Assembly (NCBI GenBank): GCA_040389905.1
Contig: JAZJZK010000007.1
Span: 223,492-287,491 of the forward strand
Reading direction: 5' to 3'
DNA length: 64,000 nucleotides
Source: Gemmatimonadota bacterium
GTDB lineage: Bacteria; Gemmatimonadota; Gemmatimonadetes; Gemmatimonadales; Gemmatimonadaceae
Positions 19,887 through 29,926 of this stretch are shown here, one piece after another (positions within the stretch are counted from its first letter, which is position 1; each line of letters begins with the position of its first letter). The translations under genes were made by a program, and so were the position numbers. The notes under the pieces are model-generated. The model ran no database searches and was not told where the DNA came from. It worked only from the letters and a program-made list of their open reading frames with translations.

Positions 19887-19953
19887 GGGCGATGCTCGCG
19901 AGCTGCGCTCGCAGGACGGCACACCGCGAGCGGAACCCTGCGCCAATCCGACA

Positions 19954-20463
19954 ATGACTCTCGCCGAACAATTCATCTCGCAGTCGCGGCACTATCTCGC
20001 GCACGAGTACCCGACCAAGATCCAGCGCTGTCTCGACGTGCTGCCCGCCGATGCACTGTGGGCGCGCGCGGACGCGAGCTCGAATAGCATCGGGAACCTG
20101 CTCCTGCATTTGTCCGGCAACATCCGCCAGTGGATCGTGAGCAGCATTGGCGGCGCGCCCGATCAGCGCCTGAGGTCAACGGAATTCGCGGCGACCGAGG
20201 GTGGTGACGCCGCGACGTTGTTCTCCGGATTGCGCGCCACGCTGGATGAAGCGGATGCGGTGCTGGCACGACTCACCGAAACCGATCTCGCAGCGCGGCG
20301 CGTCATCCAGGGCCGCGACGTGAGCGTCTTTGACGCGATCTACCATGTCGTCGAGCACTTCTCGACCCACACGGGTCAGATCGTGCTATTGACGAAGACC
20401 TACGCGCCCGGCGCGGTCAAGTTCTACGAAGACGCCGGCGGACTGGCGACGCCGCTCTACTAA
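19954..20463 (+). CDS. DinB/DUF1572-family protein
   Basis: NSIGNLLLHLSGNIRQW, R..EF, HVVEHFSTHTGQI. Confidence 0.9.
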   Translation: MTLAEQFISQSRHYLAHEYPTKIQRCLDVLPADALWARADASSNSIGNLLLHLSGNIRQWIVSSIGGAPDQRLRSTEFAATEGGDAATLFSGLRATLDEADAVLARLTETDLAARRVIQGRDVSVFDAIYHVVEHFSTHTGQIVLLTKTYAPGAVKFYEDAGGLATPLY

Positions 20464-20478
20464 TCGGATAGGGTCACG

Positions 20479-20509
20479 AAAAACGCCGTCCGCACTGCGG
20501 ACGGCGTTT
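20479..20509. terminator. Bidirectional intrinsic terminator between convergent genes
   Basis: aaaaacgccgtccgca-c-tgcggacggcgttt. Confidence 0.85.
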
Positions 20510-20535
20510 GGCGCTAAGTCGACGCCTTCGGATTT

Positions 20536-20597
20536 GTCGATGGCTCTTTTTGGGCTGGATGCCAGTCCGGGTACACAGTTCCGGGTACCTCGTACGT
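20536..20597 (-). repeat. GTAC-rich dispersed repeat, single copy
   Basis: Reverse complement reads acgtacgaggtacccggaactgtgtacccggactggcatccagcccaaaaagagccatcgac, matching copies at 34.6-34.85 kb and 45.8-46.5 kb. Confidence 0.9.
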
Positions 20598-20604
20598 CAG
20601 TGCC

Positions 20605-21558
20605 CTAGTAGATGTACACTTTGGTGCCTACCGGGACGTTCTCGTACAGCCACTCGATGTCCTCATCGCGTAACCGCACGCAACCGTGCGTCACCGCGGA
20701 GCCAATTGACTTCGCGTACGGGGTGCCGTGGAGCAAATACCCATCGCCGAGGTCGAGGCGAAAGTGTCCCAGCTCGCCCTGGATGACGCGGTGCTTGGTG
20801 CCCTGAGGCGGAATAAACAGCGTGTTGTCGAACACCACATGTTCGTCCAGGATCATCGGTTCGAACTCTGTACTTCCAGGGCGAATGATGCCCACCTCGT
20901 CGCCTTTCGTCAGCAGCTTGGTGCCGTCCTTCAGCTTGATGACGGTGTTACGGTGAAGTGCAGTCAGCTTCAGGCCATGCTCGAGCGCGACTTCCGCAAA
21001 GTGCCAGTCCGGTGGGATCCACACCGGGTCCTTGTCCTTGCGCCGAACGGTGCGCACACCGCGCGGCGTCTCGAAGCGCCACACCTGCTTGCCGAAGGTC
21101 AGCGTCGCGTTCATCGCGGTGGCGGCCGGTGCGACGAGCAACGTATCGTCGCCGTCGACCACCCGCAACGTCTTCTCGAACAAGTCGACCGTGATGCGAT
21201 AGCCATCGGATTTGAGCGCTGCGGACCGCGCAGATTCCCACGAAAGACTATCCTTGCGTGACTTGAAGGAGCGCGCCGTCGTCGGAGCGGCGGTTGCCAC
21301 GACATCCGCGTCGACTGGTGAGTCGGCCGCAGCTGCCGAGTCCGCCGCGATTTCGTCACTGCGCCGTCCGATCTTTCTCAGCAGCGAAACGAACCAGTTG
21401 TGGTCGGCCTTCACGTTTGCCGTGGAGTCCGGCACGTTTCGCGTTCGGGCGCCCGCGCCTTCAAGAACGCGCCCGCTGTCCTGCGCCGCCGCCGCCGTGG
21501 CCGTGGTCGCCAGGAGAATGGCGGTGGAGATGTATCGATTGCTCTTGAGTCGCTTCAT
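20605..21558 (-). CDS. L,D-transpeptidase (YkuD family), secreted
   Basis: FETPRG, PVWIPPDW, YLLHGT...IGSAVTHGCVRL...VPVGTKVYIY. Confidence 0.92.
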   Translation of the reverse strand: MKRLKSNRYISTAILLATTATAAAAQDSGRVLEGAGARTRNVPDSTANVKADHNWFVSLLRKIGRRSDEIAADSAAAADSPVDADVVATAAPTTARSFKSRKDSLSWESARSAALKSDGYRITVDLFEKTLRVVDGDDTLLVAPAATAMNATLTFGKQVWRFETPRGVRTVRRKDKDPVWIPPDWHFAEVALEHGLKLTALHRNTVIKLKDGTKLLTKGDEVGIIRPGSTEFEPMILDEHVVFDNTLFIPPQGTKHRVIQGELGHFRLDLGDGYLLHGTPYAKSIGSAVTHGCVRLRDEDIEWLYENVPVGTKVYIY

Positions 21559-21574
21559 ATGCCCTTCACTACAC

Positions 21575-21605
21575 TACGGGGGACGTGACGTTCACGTCCC
21601 CCGTA
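21575..21605. other. Perfect 14-bp hairpin between the OMP and L,D-transpeptidase genes
   Basis: tacgggggacgtga-cgt-tcacgtcccccgta; no U-tract on the coding (-) strand. Confidence 0.75.
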
Positions 21606-21640
21606 ATATGCACAACTCGCGCCGAATGTTTAGCTCGAGA

Positions 21641-22495
21641 CTACTTGTAGAACTGGAGGCCAGCGATGATCGGCCAGTAGTGCGATGCGCCGCCACCGTT
21701 CGTGTTGATCGTCGTGTACTTGCTCTCCACGAAGAGATGGGTGTCCATCAGGGTGAAGGCGAGGCCAAGACCGGCGTTGTAGTTGTAGAAGGTGCTCGTT
21801 TCACCGCGCGTCGCGACAGAGACGTTATACGGATTCTGCGATCCCGTGCCGATGAACGTGTTCGTGCCGGCCGTGATGACGTTGTTCTGGCCGTTCTTGT
21901 ACGGAATGAAATTCTGGAACTTGTCGAGACCGCCGCCACCGAGCAGGTAGAACACGGGGTTCAGCTTGCTCGTACGTTCGATCGGGAAGCGCAAGACGAG
22001 ATCCGCATTGCCTTCATACAACCGAGGGCTGGGGCAGCCGGCGCAATCCGTCGTGCGATGGCCGAAGAAATTGCCGAGGGCTTCTGCGCGAATACCGAGT
22101 GCGCCGTCCTTCGGGAACCAACCAACCTGGCCAGAGATCGCCGGGCCGTCCTTCGTCGAGTTGCGCCAGTTGTTCATCGGAACTGCCACACCGCCGCCAA
22201 GCGCGAAGTACAATCCCGGCAAGGGCTGAATTGGAAGTGCGAGCTTCACGGTGTCATACCGCATCCGTTCCACCGTCCGAACGATCGTATCGGGCCGAGT
22301 GCGAATGGTCACGGTGTCAACGCGTACACGGAATACGGTGTCTACGCGGGGTGGAGCGGTTTCTACCGGTGGCGCATCCTTACGCACCGGAATCTTCTTC
22401 TGGGACGATGCCTGCGCCGAGGCTGAGTCCGCACTACCGAGTGAGATGGCGGCAGCGAGGCCGAGTGCACACAACGCAAAGTTCCTGGTCTTCAT
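21641..22495 (-). CDS. Outer-membrane beta-barrel protein with N-terminal DTV-repeat stalk
   Basis: SD GGAGG; signal peptide; alternating beta strands; ends IIAGLQFYK. Confidence 0.75.
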   Translation of the reverse strand: MKTRNFALCALGLAAAISLGSADSASAQASSQKKIPVRKDAPPVETAPPRVDTVFRVRVDTVTIRTRPDTIVRTVERMRYDTVKLALPIQPLPGLYFALGGGVAVPMNNWRNSTKDGPAISGQVGWFPKDGALGIRAEALGNFFGHRTTDCAGCPSPRLYEGNADLVLRFPIERTSKLNPVFYLLGGGGLDKFQNFIPYKNGQNNVITAGTNTFIGTGSQNPYNVSVATRGETSTFYNYNAGLGLAFTLMDTHLFVESKYTTINTNGGGASHYWPIIAGLQFYK

Positions 22496-22848
22496 CCTAA
22501 TCCTCCGTCGCCTTCGCCCTATGTTCTCGTTCCCCGCGGGCGAGGTTGCGGGTGCGACGACGGTCGTCGCATGTTCTGCCGGGCTCGGTGAATGGCAGAC
22601 CTCGTGCCGCGGCGGCTTAAATCGGCAGGAAAGTTCAAAAAAAACTTTTCCGGACCCCATTCAACCGCCTCAAGTATAACCGATGAGACCGGTTAAGGCA
22701 CCGTGAAGCGGGTGCCCCACGCCGTTCCAGCCACCGTGGTGGTCTGGAATTGTGTCCTCTCCGGGTGCCCTTCGCCACCTGCTGATCAGCGGGAGCATGG
22801 AGTATCTTGCGTCGGCATCGCCATCAACCTCTCCCGCCCGAACCTCGC

Positions 22849-23976
22849 ATGTCCGAGAACCGCCTGAAGACGCTTCACGACGCGGGTCAGTCCATCTGGC
22901 TCGACTTCATCGACCGTGCGATCCTCCGAAACGGTGATCTCGCGCGCCGCATTCGCGACGACGCGCTCACCGGGATGACGTCCAACCCCACGATCTTCGA
23001 AAAAGCGCTCGCGGAAGGCACCGCCTACGACGACCAGCTCAAGGGCGCGCCCGCCACACACTCGGCATTGCAGCTCTTCGAGCTGGTCGAAACGTCGGAC
23101 GTGCGCGATGCCTGCGACCTGTTCATGCCCGTGTACGCGGCGACGAACGGCGCCGACGGATACGTCTCGATTGAAGTGTCGCCGGGCGCGGCGAACAATG
23201 CGAAGGAGACGATCGACGAGGCACAGCGCCTCTGGGCGATGGTCGGCCGGCCGAACGTCATGATCAAGGTACCTGGCACCGCCGAAGGCGCGATCGCGGT
23301 TCGCACACTCATCGGCGCAGGGCTCAATGTCAATATCACGCTTCTCTTCGCCATCGAAGCGCATCACCGCGTTATCGATGCCTACATTAGTGGGCTCGAG
23401 GACCGCCTCACGGCGGGTAAGCCCATCGACCGGATTGCGTCGGTTGCCTCGTTCTTCGTCAGTCGCGTCGATACCGAAATCGATAAACGCCTGAACACCA
23501 TGGCGGAAGCCGCCGATGGCGATACGCGCGAAACGCTGCTGGCTCTGCGCGGCAAAGGCGCCGTCGCGAACGCGCAACTCGCGTATAAGCTCTTCCTCGA
23601 CGAATTCTCCTCCGAGCGCTGGGCGCCGCTTGCCGCCGCCGGTGCCCGGTTGCAGCGCCCGCTGTGGGCTAGCACCAGCTCGAAGAATCCCGCCTATCGC
23701 GATGTCATCTACGTCGAGCAACTGATCGGGCCGCATACCGTGAATACGATGCCACCAGCCACGATCGAGGCGTTCCGCGATCACGGTGAAACGGCACGAA
23801 CGGTGGACGCCGACTTCGGCGCCGCGGAGAAGGCAATCCGAGACCTCGGTTCCGTTGGCATCGACATGACCGAGGTGACGAACAAACTACTCTCCGAGGG
23901 GCTTGCGAGCTTCCAGAAGAGCTTTGATTCGCTCACCGCCGGTCTCGAGAAAAAGAGAAGCGAATTAGCCAGGTGA
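22849..23976 (+). CDS. tal: Transaldolase (long type)
   Basis: QSIWLD, GMTSNPTIF, NVMIKVP, VASFFVSRVD, QRPLWASTS. Confidence 0.95.
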   Translation: MSENRLKTLHDAGQSIWLDFIDRAILRNGDLARRIRDDALTGMTSNPTIFEKALAEGTAYDDQLKGAPATHSALQLFELVETSDVRDACDLFMPVYAATNGADGYVSIEVSPGAANNAKETIDEAQRLWAMVGRPNVMIKVPGTAEGAIAVRTLIGAGLNVNITLLFAIEAHHRVIDAYISGLEDRLTAGKPIDRIASVASFFVSRVDTEIDKRLNTMAEAADGDTRETLLALRGKGAVANAQLAYKLFLDEFSSERWAPLAAAGARLQRPLWASTSSKNPAYRDVIYVEQLIGPHTVNTMPPATIEAFRDHGETARTVDADFGAAEKAIRDLGSVGIDMTEVTNKLLSEGLASFQKSFDSLTAGLEKKRSELAR

Positions 23977-24082
23977 CAGGAGACAGGGGACAGGGGACAG
24001 GAACAGCGTCGTGCAGTGCCTAGCCCCTCATCCCCAGCTCCTTGTCCCTGTCCCCTGACACCTGACCCCTGTCCCCTGTCTC
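23975..24082. repeat. Inverted heptamer tandem arms (GGGGACA)n...(TGTCCCC)n
   Basis: About 4 units on the left and about 5 degenerate units on the right; fills the tal-pyk gap. Confidence 0.9.
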
Positions 24083-24085
24083 AAA

Positions 24086-25489
24086 GTGCCCTACCCTCGC
24101 ACCAAGATCGTCTGCACGCTCGGACCCGCATCGGCAAATCGCGACACGCTCCGTGCACTCATGGAGGCCGGACTCAGCGTCGCTCGGCTGAATTTTTCAC
24201 ACGGGACGCACGAACAGCACGCCGCCACGGTGGCACTCGTGCGGGCTGTGGCAAAGGAACTGGATCGCCCCGTCGCCATCCTCGGCGACCTCCAGGGGCC
24301 CCGCATCCGCATCGGTGATCTGGCCACCCCGCGGGACGTCATCGATGGCGAAGACATCGTGCTCGTCGCCGGAGAGGACGCGGACGAAGGACAGTTTCCC
24401 ACGACGTACGACAACCTCTGTAAAGACCTGAAAGTGGGTGATCGGGTCCTTGTCGACGACGGCCTCATCGAGCTCATGACGCTCGAAGTCACGGAGCGAA
24501 CGGTCACGACGCGCGTATTGCACGGAGGGCAGATCAAGAGCCACAAGGGCATGAATCTGCCTGGCGTGGCCGTGAGCGCCCCCTCGATCACCGAGAAGGA
24601 TTGGGCCGACGTGGACTTCGCGATCGAGCATGGGCTCGAGTATCTCGCGCTCAGCTTCGTACGCCAGGCGCAGGACATTGCCGAGCTGCGCGAGAAGCTC
24701 CCGAAAGGCATGCTGATCGTCGCGAAGATCGAGAAGGATTCGGCGCTCGAGAACATCGAGAGCATCATTCGGAGCTCCGATGCGGTCATGGTCGCGCGCG
24801 GCGACCTCGGCGTCGAACTTCCCTTCGAGGAAGTACCAATCGCGCAGAAGCGCATCATTTCCCTGTGCAACAAGCTCGGCCGCCCGGTGATCACCGCGAC
24901 GCAGATGCTCGAGTCGATGATCAAGAACCCGCGTCCGACGCGCGCCGAGGCCAGCGACGTGGCCAACGCGATTCTCGACGGCACCGACGCCGTGATGCTC
25001 TCGGCGGAGACCGCCTCGGGGCAGTATCCCCGGCTCGCCGTTGAGGCGATGTCGCGCATCATCATGGAAATCGAGAAGCACCCGCGCGGCAAGTCGGCGG
25101 ATGCGCGCATCGTGAGCGAGGAAGCTGTTTCGACGGAGCAGGCGATTGCCGCCGCGGCGACGTCGGCGGTGCGGAGCCTTGGCGCACCGGCCCTGATTGT
25201 CTTTACGAAGAGCGGGTTTTCTGCGCGGATCGTCGCATCGCACCGGCCAGGCGTGCCCATTCTCGTGCTCACCGACCAGGAGCGCACCTATCGCCAGTTG
25301 GCGCTCGTGTGGGGCGTCATTCCGTGTCTGGTCCAGCATTGCGACACCTATTGGGACATGGTGAAGCTCGCCCTCGCGGCTGTGCGCGAGCGTGGCTTGG
25401 CACGCGAGGGCGATCGCGTCGTCGTTACGGCCGGCGTGCCCTTCGACGTCCCCGGCACGACGAACCTGATGAAGGTCGAGACAGTATGA
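24086..25489 (+). CDS. pyk: Pyruvate kinase
   Basis: RTKIVCTLGPA, RLNFSHG, AKIE, MVARGDLG, TATQMLESM. Confidence 0.97.
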   Translation: MPYPRTKIVCTLGPASANRDTLRALMEAGLSVARLNFSHGTHEQHAATVALVRAVAKELDRPVAILGDLQGPRIRIGDLATPRDVIDGEDIVLVAGEDADEGQFPTTYDNLCKDLKVGDRVLVDDGLIELMTLEVTERTVTTRVLHGGQIKSHKGMNLPGVAVSAPSITEKDWADVDFAIEHGLEYLALSFVRQAQDIAELREKLPKGMLIVAKIEKDSALENIESIIRSSDAVMVARGDLGVELPFEEVPIAQKRIISLCNKLGRPVITATQMLESMIKNPRPTRAEASDVANAILDGTDAVMLSAETASGQYPRLAVEAMSRIIMEIEKHPRGKSADARIVSEEAVSTEQAIAAAATSAVRSLGAPALIVFTKSGFSARIVASHRPGVPILVLTDQERTYRQLALVWGVIPCLVQHCDTYWDMVKLALAAVRERGLAREGDRVVVTAGVPFDVPGTTNLMKVETV

Positions 25490-25505
25490 GTCTTTCCACC
25501 ATCCG

Positions 25506-26282
25506 GTGAAGCTGACTTTTCTCGGAACCGGCACGAGCTTCGGCGTCCCACAAATCGGATGCCGTTGCGATGTGTGTCATTCTCGCGACCCGCGCGACCG
25601 ACGCACGCGGGTCGGGGCGGCTGTCGAAACGGATTCCGGCGCCATCATCCTCATCGACACGCCACCAGAGCTCCGGCTTCAACTGATCCAGGCGGGCATC
25701 GATCACGTGGATGCCGTGCTGTTCACGCATGATCACGCCGATCATACGCACGGCATCGACGATCTCCGGGCGATTACTGCCCGCGCCGACACACATTTGC
25801 CGATGTACGGGTCGGCCGAAACATTGGCCGGCCTCGCACGCAAGTTCATCTACATCTTCGACGATAACATCAAGCCGGTGGCCGGCTCGTCGAAGCCGCA
25901 GGGTCATGCCATCCCGTTACACGCCGGCGAGTGCCGCCAGATTGCAGGTGTCGATGTCACCGCGATACCAGTCCCGCATGGCCCGGTCGAAGTCTTCGCG
26001 TACCGCATTGGTCCGCTCGCGTACGTGACGGACGCGAAGTCGGTGCCGGAGGCCGCCATCGCCCAGCTCCGCGGCGCACGCGTGCTGGTGGTCAACGCGC
26101 TCTTTCGACGACCGCACACGTCACACCTCAGCCTGCAGGAGGCGCTCGAGGTGAGTCGGCAAGTTGGTGCGGAGCGCACGTACCTCACTCACTTGACGCA
26201 TGACAATTACCATGCCGATCTCGAAGCGGAGCTGCCCGCGGGCGTGTCTCCTGCGTTCGATGGCCTGACAGTTCTGGTCTGA
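25506..26282 (+). CDS. MBL-fold metallohydrolase (PhnP-like)
   Basis: LGTGTS.GVP.IGC.C.VC, THDHADH, THLTH. Confidence 0.9.
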   Translation: MKLTFLGTGTSFGVPQIGCRCDVCHSRDPRDRRTRVGAAVETDSGAIILIDTPPELRLQLIQAGIDHVDAVLFTHDHADHTHGIDDLRAITARADTHLPMYGSAETLAGLARKFIYIFDDNIKPVAGSSKPQGHAIPLHAGECRQIAGVDVTAIPVPHGPVEVFAYRIGPLAYVTDAKSVPEAAIAQLRGARVLVVNALFRRPHTSHLSLQEALEVSRQVGAERTYLTHLTHDNYHADLEAELPAGVSPAFDGLTVLV

Positions 26283-26293
26283 GCCGTTCCGCG

Positions 26294-26362
26294 CGTTTTG
26301 TCGCTCTGAGCCCTTCGTCGCTTCCGCTCCTCGAGGGCAGGCTTCGCGAAGGGCCCGCACCT
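26294..26362 (+). repeat. REP-like element (TTTTGTCGCCCTGAG...GAAGGGCCCGCACCT family), expanded variant
   Basis: Both family ends are present with an internal insertion. Confidence 0.8.
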
Positions 26363-26381
26363 CAAGCCCCGAATATTCGCC

Positions 26382-27785
26382 ATGACAATCCTAAGCCTCG
26401 ACTACACCAACATGATGGCGCCGACGATCGACGGCGGCATTACCCCGGCCGAGTGGAGCGAGGTAGGCGCGGCATTCACTGCGGCGCACCAAGCGGTTGC
26501 CGACCAGCATGCCGCCGGGACGCTCGGGTTTCTCGATTTACCCGACGATCGCGCCCTGCACGCGCAGACGACTGAATTCGTCGCACGCGTGCGCAGCGGC
26601 GACAACGCGCCGACCGACGTCGTCGTGTTGGGGATCGGAGGCTCGGCGCTCGGTCCCATCGCGCTACGCACCGCGCTGTGCGCTCCCCAATGGAATCTGC
26701 TCGACGATGCCGCGCGCAAGGGCAGCCCGCGCCTGCACGTGCTCGACAACGTCGATCCCGCGAACATCTCCGCGCTGCTGGCTCGGCTCGATCTGTCGCG
26801 CAGCCTGTTCATCGTGACGTCGAAGTCGGGCGGCACCGCCGAGACGATGGCGCAGTACCTCGTGATTCGCGCGCGACTGGCGAGCGTCCTCGGCGACGAC
26901 GCCGCGAAACAGCACATCGTTTTCGTGACGGACCCCGAGAAGGGCGCCCTCCGGGCGATCGCGCGCGCCGATGGCATCGCGGCCCTCGATATCCCGTCGA
27001 ACGTGGGGGGCCGGTTCAGCGTGCTGTCGCCGGTCGGCATGCTGCCCGCCGCCCTCGTGGGGATCGACACCTCGCTGTTGCTCGCCGGCGCGGCCGACAT
27101 GCGCACGCGCTGCGCATCCGGTGTGCTCGCGAAGAACCGCGCAGGCACATACGCGGCGCTCCAATTCCTCGCCGATCAGCGGCATGGCCGCCACGTGCAC
27201 GTCTTCATGCCCTACAGCGATGCCCTTCGCGACATGGCCGATTGGTTCGTGCAACTCTGGGCCGAGAGTCTCGGCAAACATCGCACGCCGGGCGACGCTG
27301 GGGTTGGTCCGACCCCCCTCGCCGCACTGGGCGCGACCGACCAGCACAGCCAGGTCCAGCTCTTCATGGAAGGCCCGGGTGACAAGACGGTAACGTTTCT
27401 TTCCGTCGACGATGTGGCCAACGATGTCGAGATTCCGCGCCTGCACTCCGATATTCCGGAACTCGCATATCTGGGTGGTCATCGTCTGGGCGAGTTGCTC
27501 GATATCGAGCGGCGCGCCACCGCAGGGGCACTCGCGCGGCGCGGACGTCCCAACATGACCCTGATGCTCGAGACCTGCGACGCGTGGGAAATCGGCGGCC
27601 TGATCATGCTGCTCGAACTGGCGACGGCGTACGCCGGTCAACTGTACGGGGTCAGTGCCTTCGACCAGCCGGGCGTGGAGCTCGGCAAGCAGTTCACGTA
27701 CGGCCTGCTCGGTCGGGCGGACGCCGAAGCGGCGCGTCAGGAATGGAACCTGCTTCCGAAGACCGACCCGTCGCGAGTCATCTAG
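26382..27785 (+). CDS. pgi: Glucose-6-phosphate isomerase
   Basis: GIGGSALG, SKSGGTAET, GGRFSVLS, QLWAESLGK, DQHS, FDQPGVELGK. Confidence 0.96.
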   Translation: MTILSLDYTNMMAPTIDGGITPAEWSEVGAAFTAAHQAVADQHAAGTLGFLDLPDDRALHAQTTEFVARVRSGDNAPTDVVVLGIGGSALGPIALRTALCAPQWNLLDDAARKGSPRLHVLDNVDPANISALLARLDLSRSLFIVTSKSGGTAETMAQYLVIRARLASVLGDDAAKQHIVFVTDPEKGALRAIARADGIAALDIPSNVGGRFSVLSPVGMLPAALVGIDTSLLLAGAADMRTRCASGVLAKNRAGTYAALQFLADQRHGRHVHVFMPYSDALRDMADWFVQLWAESLGKHRTPGDAGVGPTPLAALGATDQHSQVQLFMEGPGDKTVTFLSVDDVANDVEIPRLHSDIPELAYLGGHRLGELLDIERRATAGALARRGRPNMTLMLETCDAWEIGGLIMLLELATAYAGQLYGVSAFDQPGVELGKQFTYGLLGRADAEAARQEWNLLPKTDPSRVI

Positions 27786-27851
27786 CGGCAACGTCAATTA
27801 ACTTTCAAGACTATCACGTATCGGCCCGGACGCGTCACTCTCGAGGAATAC

Positions 27852-29261
27852 ATGCACGACATAGATGCCCTGAATGCGCTCTTTGGCGACGCAGTCGCCG
27901 TCCACGATGGCCGCGTCACGGTCTCGCGCCCTGAGGCGATCGCGTCTCCGGCCATGGACGATCTCGTTCGGTCGGCCGTCTTCGGCGGTGGCGTCGAGAA
28001 GGAGTATGCGCGCTGGTTGATCTGGGAAATCGGTCAGGCCGTTGGCGTACGACCGGCATCGATCCACGACCTGTACATGGCGCGCGGGCGGAACGAGGTG
28101 CACGGGTTCACGGTGCCCGCCATCAACGTGCGAGTTGCGTCGTACGACACCGGCCGCGCGATTTTCCGGACGGCGATCGCCATGCATGCCGGCGCATTCA
28201 TCCTCGAGATCGCGCGCTCGGAAATCGCGTACACGGATCAACGGCCGGCAGAGTATGTGTCCGTCATGCTCGCCGCGGCGCTACGCGAGGGCTTCCGGGG
28301 TCCGCTCTTCATTCAGGGTGATCACTTCCAGGTGAATCACAAGAAGTACGCGACGAACCCAGGGCCCGAAGTCGACGCGGTGAAGGCGCTCGTACGCGAA
28401 GCCGTGGGCGCGGGCTTCTACAACATCGACATCGATACGTCGACGCTCGTCGACCTGAGCAAGGACACGCTGCCGGAACAACAGCGGCTCAACTATGAAG
28501 TGGGCATCGATATCCTTCGCGAAGTACGCGCGGTCGAACCGCCGGGCGTCACCATCTCGGTCGGCGGAGAAATCGGTGAAGTCGGCACGGAGAACTCCAC
28601 GGTCGAGGAGTTGCGAGCCTACATGGACGGCTTCGTCGCCGCGCTGCCCGCTGGCATGATGGGTCTATCCAAGATCAGCGTGCAGAGCGGAACGTCGCAC
28701 GGCGGCACCGTGTTGGCCGACGGCTCCATTGCGGAAGTCAAGCTCGACCTGGACACCCTCGAGACCCTCGGCAAGGTCGCACGAGACGATTACGGGCTCT
28801 CCGGTGCCGTGCAACACGGCGCGTCCACGCTCCCGGATACCGCCTTCAATAATTTTCCGCAACGCGAAACGGCAGAGATTCATCTCGCGACGAACTTCCA
28901 GACGATGGCATTCGACGCCGCCCCTGAGGGGCTGCGGAAGGACATGTACGATTGGCTGCTGGTGAATGCGAAGGACGAGCGCAAGGCGACGGACACGGAT
29001 GAGCAGTTCTTCTACAAGTCGCGCAAGAAGGCCATCGGGCCGTTCAAGCGACAACTATGGAATTTGCCCGGCGACGTCAAAGCTCAGCTGGCGAGTGCGT
29101 ACGACGCGAAGTTTCGCTTTCTCTTCGAACAGTTGGCGATCGGAAATACCGCGGCGATCGTCGCGAAATACGTTTCGCCTCCCGAGCAGCACCGTCCGAT
29201 GCCGGCAGACGCCACGCCCACGCACGCAGCCGCACCCGACGACGCCGACCTCTCGGACTGA
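27852..29261 (+). CDS. Class II fructose-bisphosphate aldolase (long form)
   Basis: FTVPAIN, QGDH, GEIGEVG, GTSHG, VQHGASTLP. Confidence 0.88.
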   Translation: MHDIDALNALFGDAVAVHDGRVTVSRPEAIASPAMDDLVRSAVFGGGVEKEYARWLIWEIGQAVGVRPASIHDLYMARGRNEVHGFTVPAINVRVASYDTGRAIFRTAIAMHAGAFILEIARSEIAYTDQRPAEYVSVMLAAALREGFRGPLFIQGDHFQVNHKKYATNPGPEVDAVKALVREAVGAGFYNIDIDTSTLVDLSKDTLPEQQRLNYEVGIDILREVRAVEPPGVTISVGGEIGEVGTENSTVEELRAYMDGFVAALPAGMMGLSKISVQSGTSHGGTVLADGSIAEVKLDLDTLETLGKVARDDYGLSGAVQHGASTLPDTAFNNFPQRETAEIHLATNFQTMAFDAAPEGLRKDMYDWLLVNAKDERKATDTDEQFFYKSRKKAIGPFKRQLWNLPGDVKAQLASAYDAKFRFLFEQLAIGNTAAIVAKYVSPPEQHRPMPADATPTHAAAPDDADLSD

Positions 29262-29891
29262 ATGACACCTGCAGTGGCCGACGACACCGCCGCGCTCTGG
29301 CTTCACGCGTTTCAGCGGGCAGTCGCACGGGCGTCGCACGATGTCAAGGATGCCCTGAATGGTGTCTCGGTCAACGTGGAAGTCGTGCGCTCCCGCGCGG
29401 CGCGACCCGACACCCCCGCCGCCGCGGTGCTACAGTTCTCCAACGCGGCGGGGCAGCAGTTGGATCGCCTGAGTACCTTGATCGATGCGATTCTCTCGCT
29501 GGCTCGGGCAGAACGCGAGCCAGTCGACGTTGCGGCAGTACTTCGCAGAATGACGATCCTGTGCGGCGCGTCGTCGTCACCCGCCGATGCGCACGTGAGG
29601 TTGATTAAAGGCGACTACACCGGCGCTGTGGTGACGAGCGCCCGTGGCGACGTTGTCCGTTTGGCACTGGTGGCGCCGTTGCTCGATCTCGTGCGGGGAG
29701 AGAATCGGGCGCACCCTGCATCGGAGGTGCAGTGCGCGCTCAGTGGTACGGCTGACGGAATTCTCGTTGAGATATCGGCTGCTGGACGCAGGGCGGTGAT
29801 GCCGGAGAGTATCGCCGACATCGTCCGAGCCGCCGGGATTCGGTGTACGGAAGGAGACCAGGGACTTTCACTCGCCTTTCCGCACGCGTGA
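29262..29891 (+). CDS. Sensor-less degenerate histidine-kinase/phosphotransferase-like protein
   Basis: H-box-like ASHDVKDALNGV and HisKA-like helices; no recognisable N/G1/G2 ATP-binding boxes. Confidence 0.6.
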   Translation: MTPAVADDTAALWLHAFQRAVARASHDVKDALNGVSVNVEVVRSRAARPDTPAAAVLQFSNAAGQQLDRLSTLIDAILSLARAEREPVDVAAVLRRMTILCGASSSPADAHVRLIKGDYTGAVVTSARGDVVRLALVAPLLDLVRGENRAHPASEVQCALSGTADGILVEISAAGRRAVMPESIADIVRAAGIRCTEGDQGLSLAFPHA

Positions 29892-29926
29892 GTCACGCGA
29901 GCGGTTCGGCTTCAGGACGAGGTGGG

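Noticed and set aside
19887..19921. Possible additional REP-like palindrome
   Set aside because: Short hairpin with only loose similarity to the other families; not assignable.
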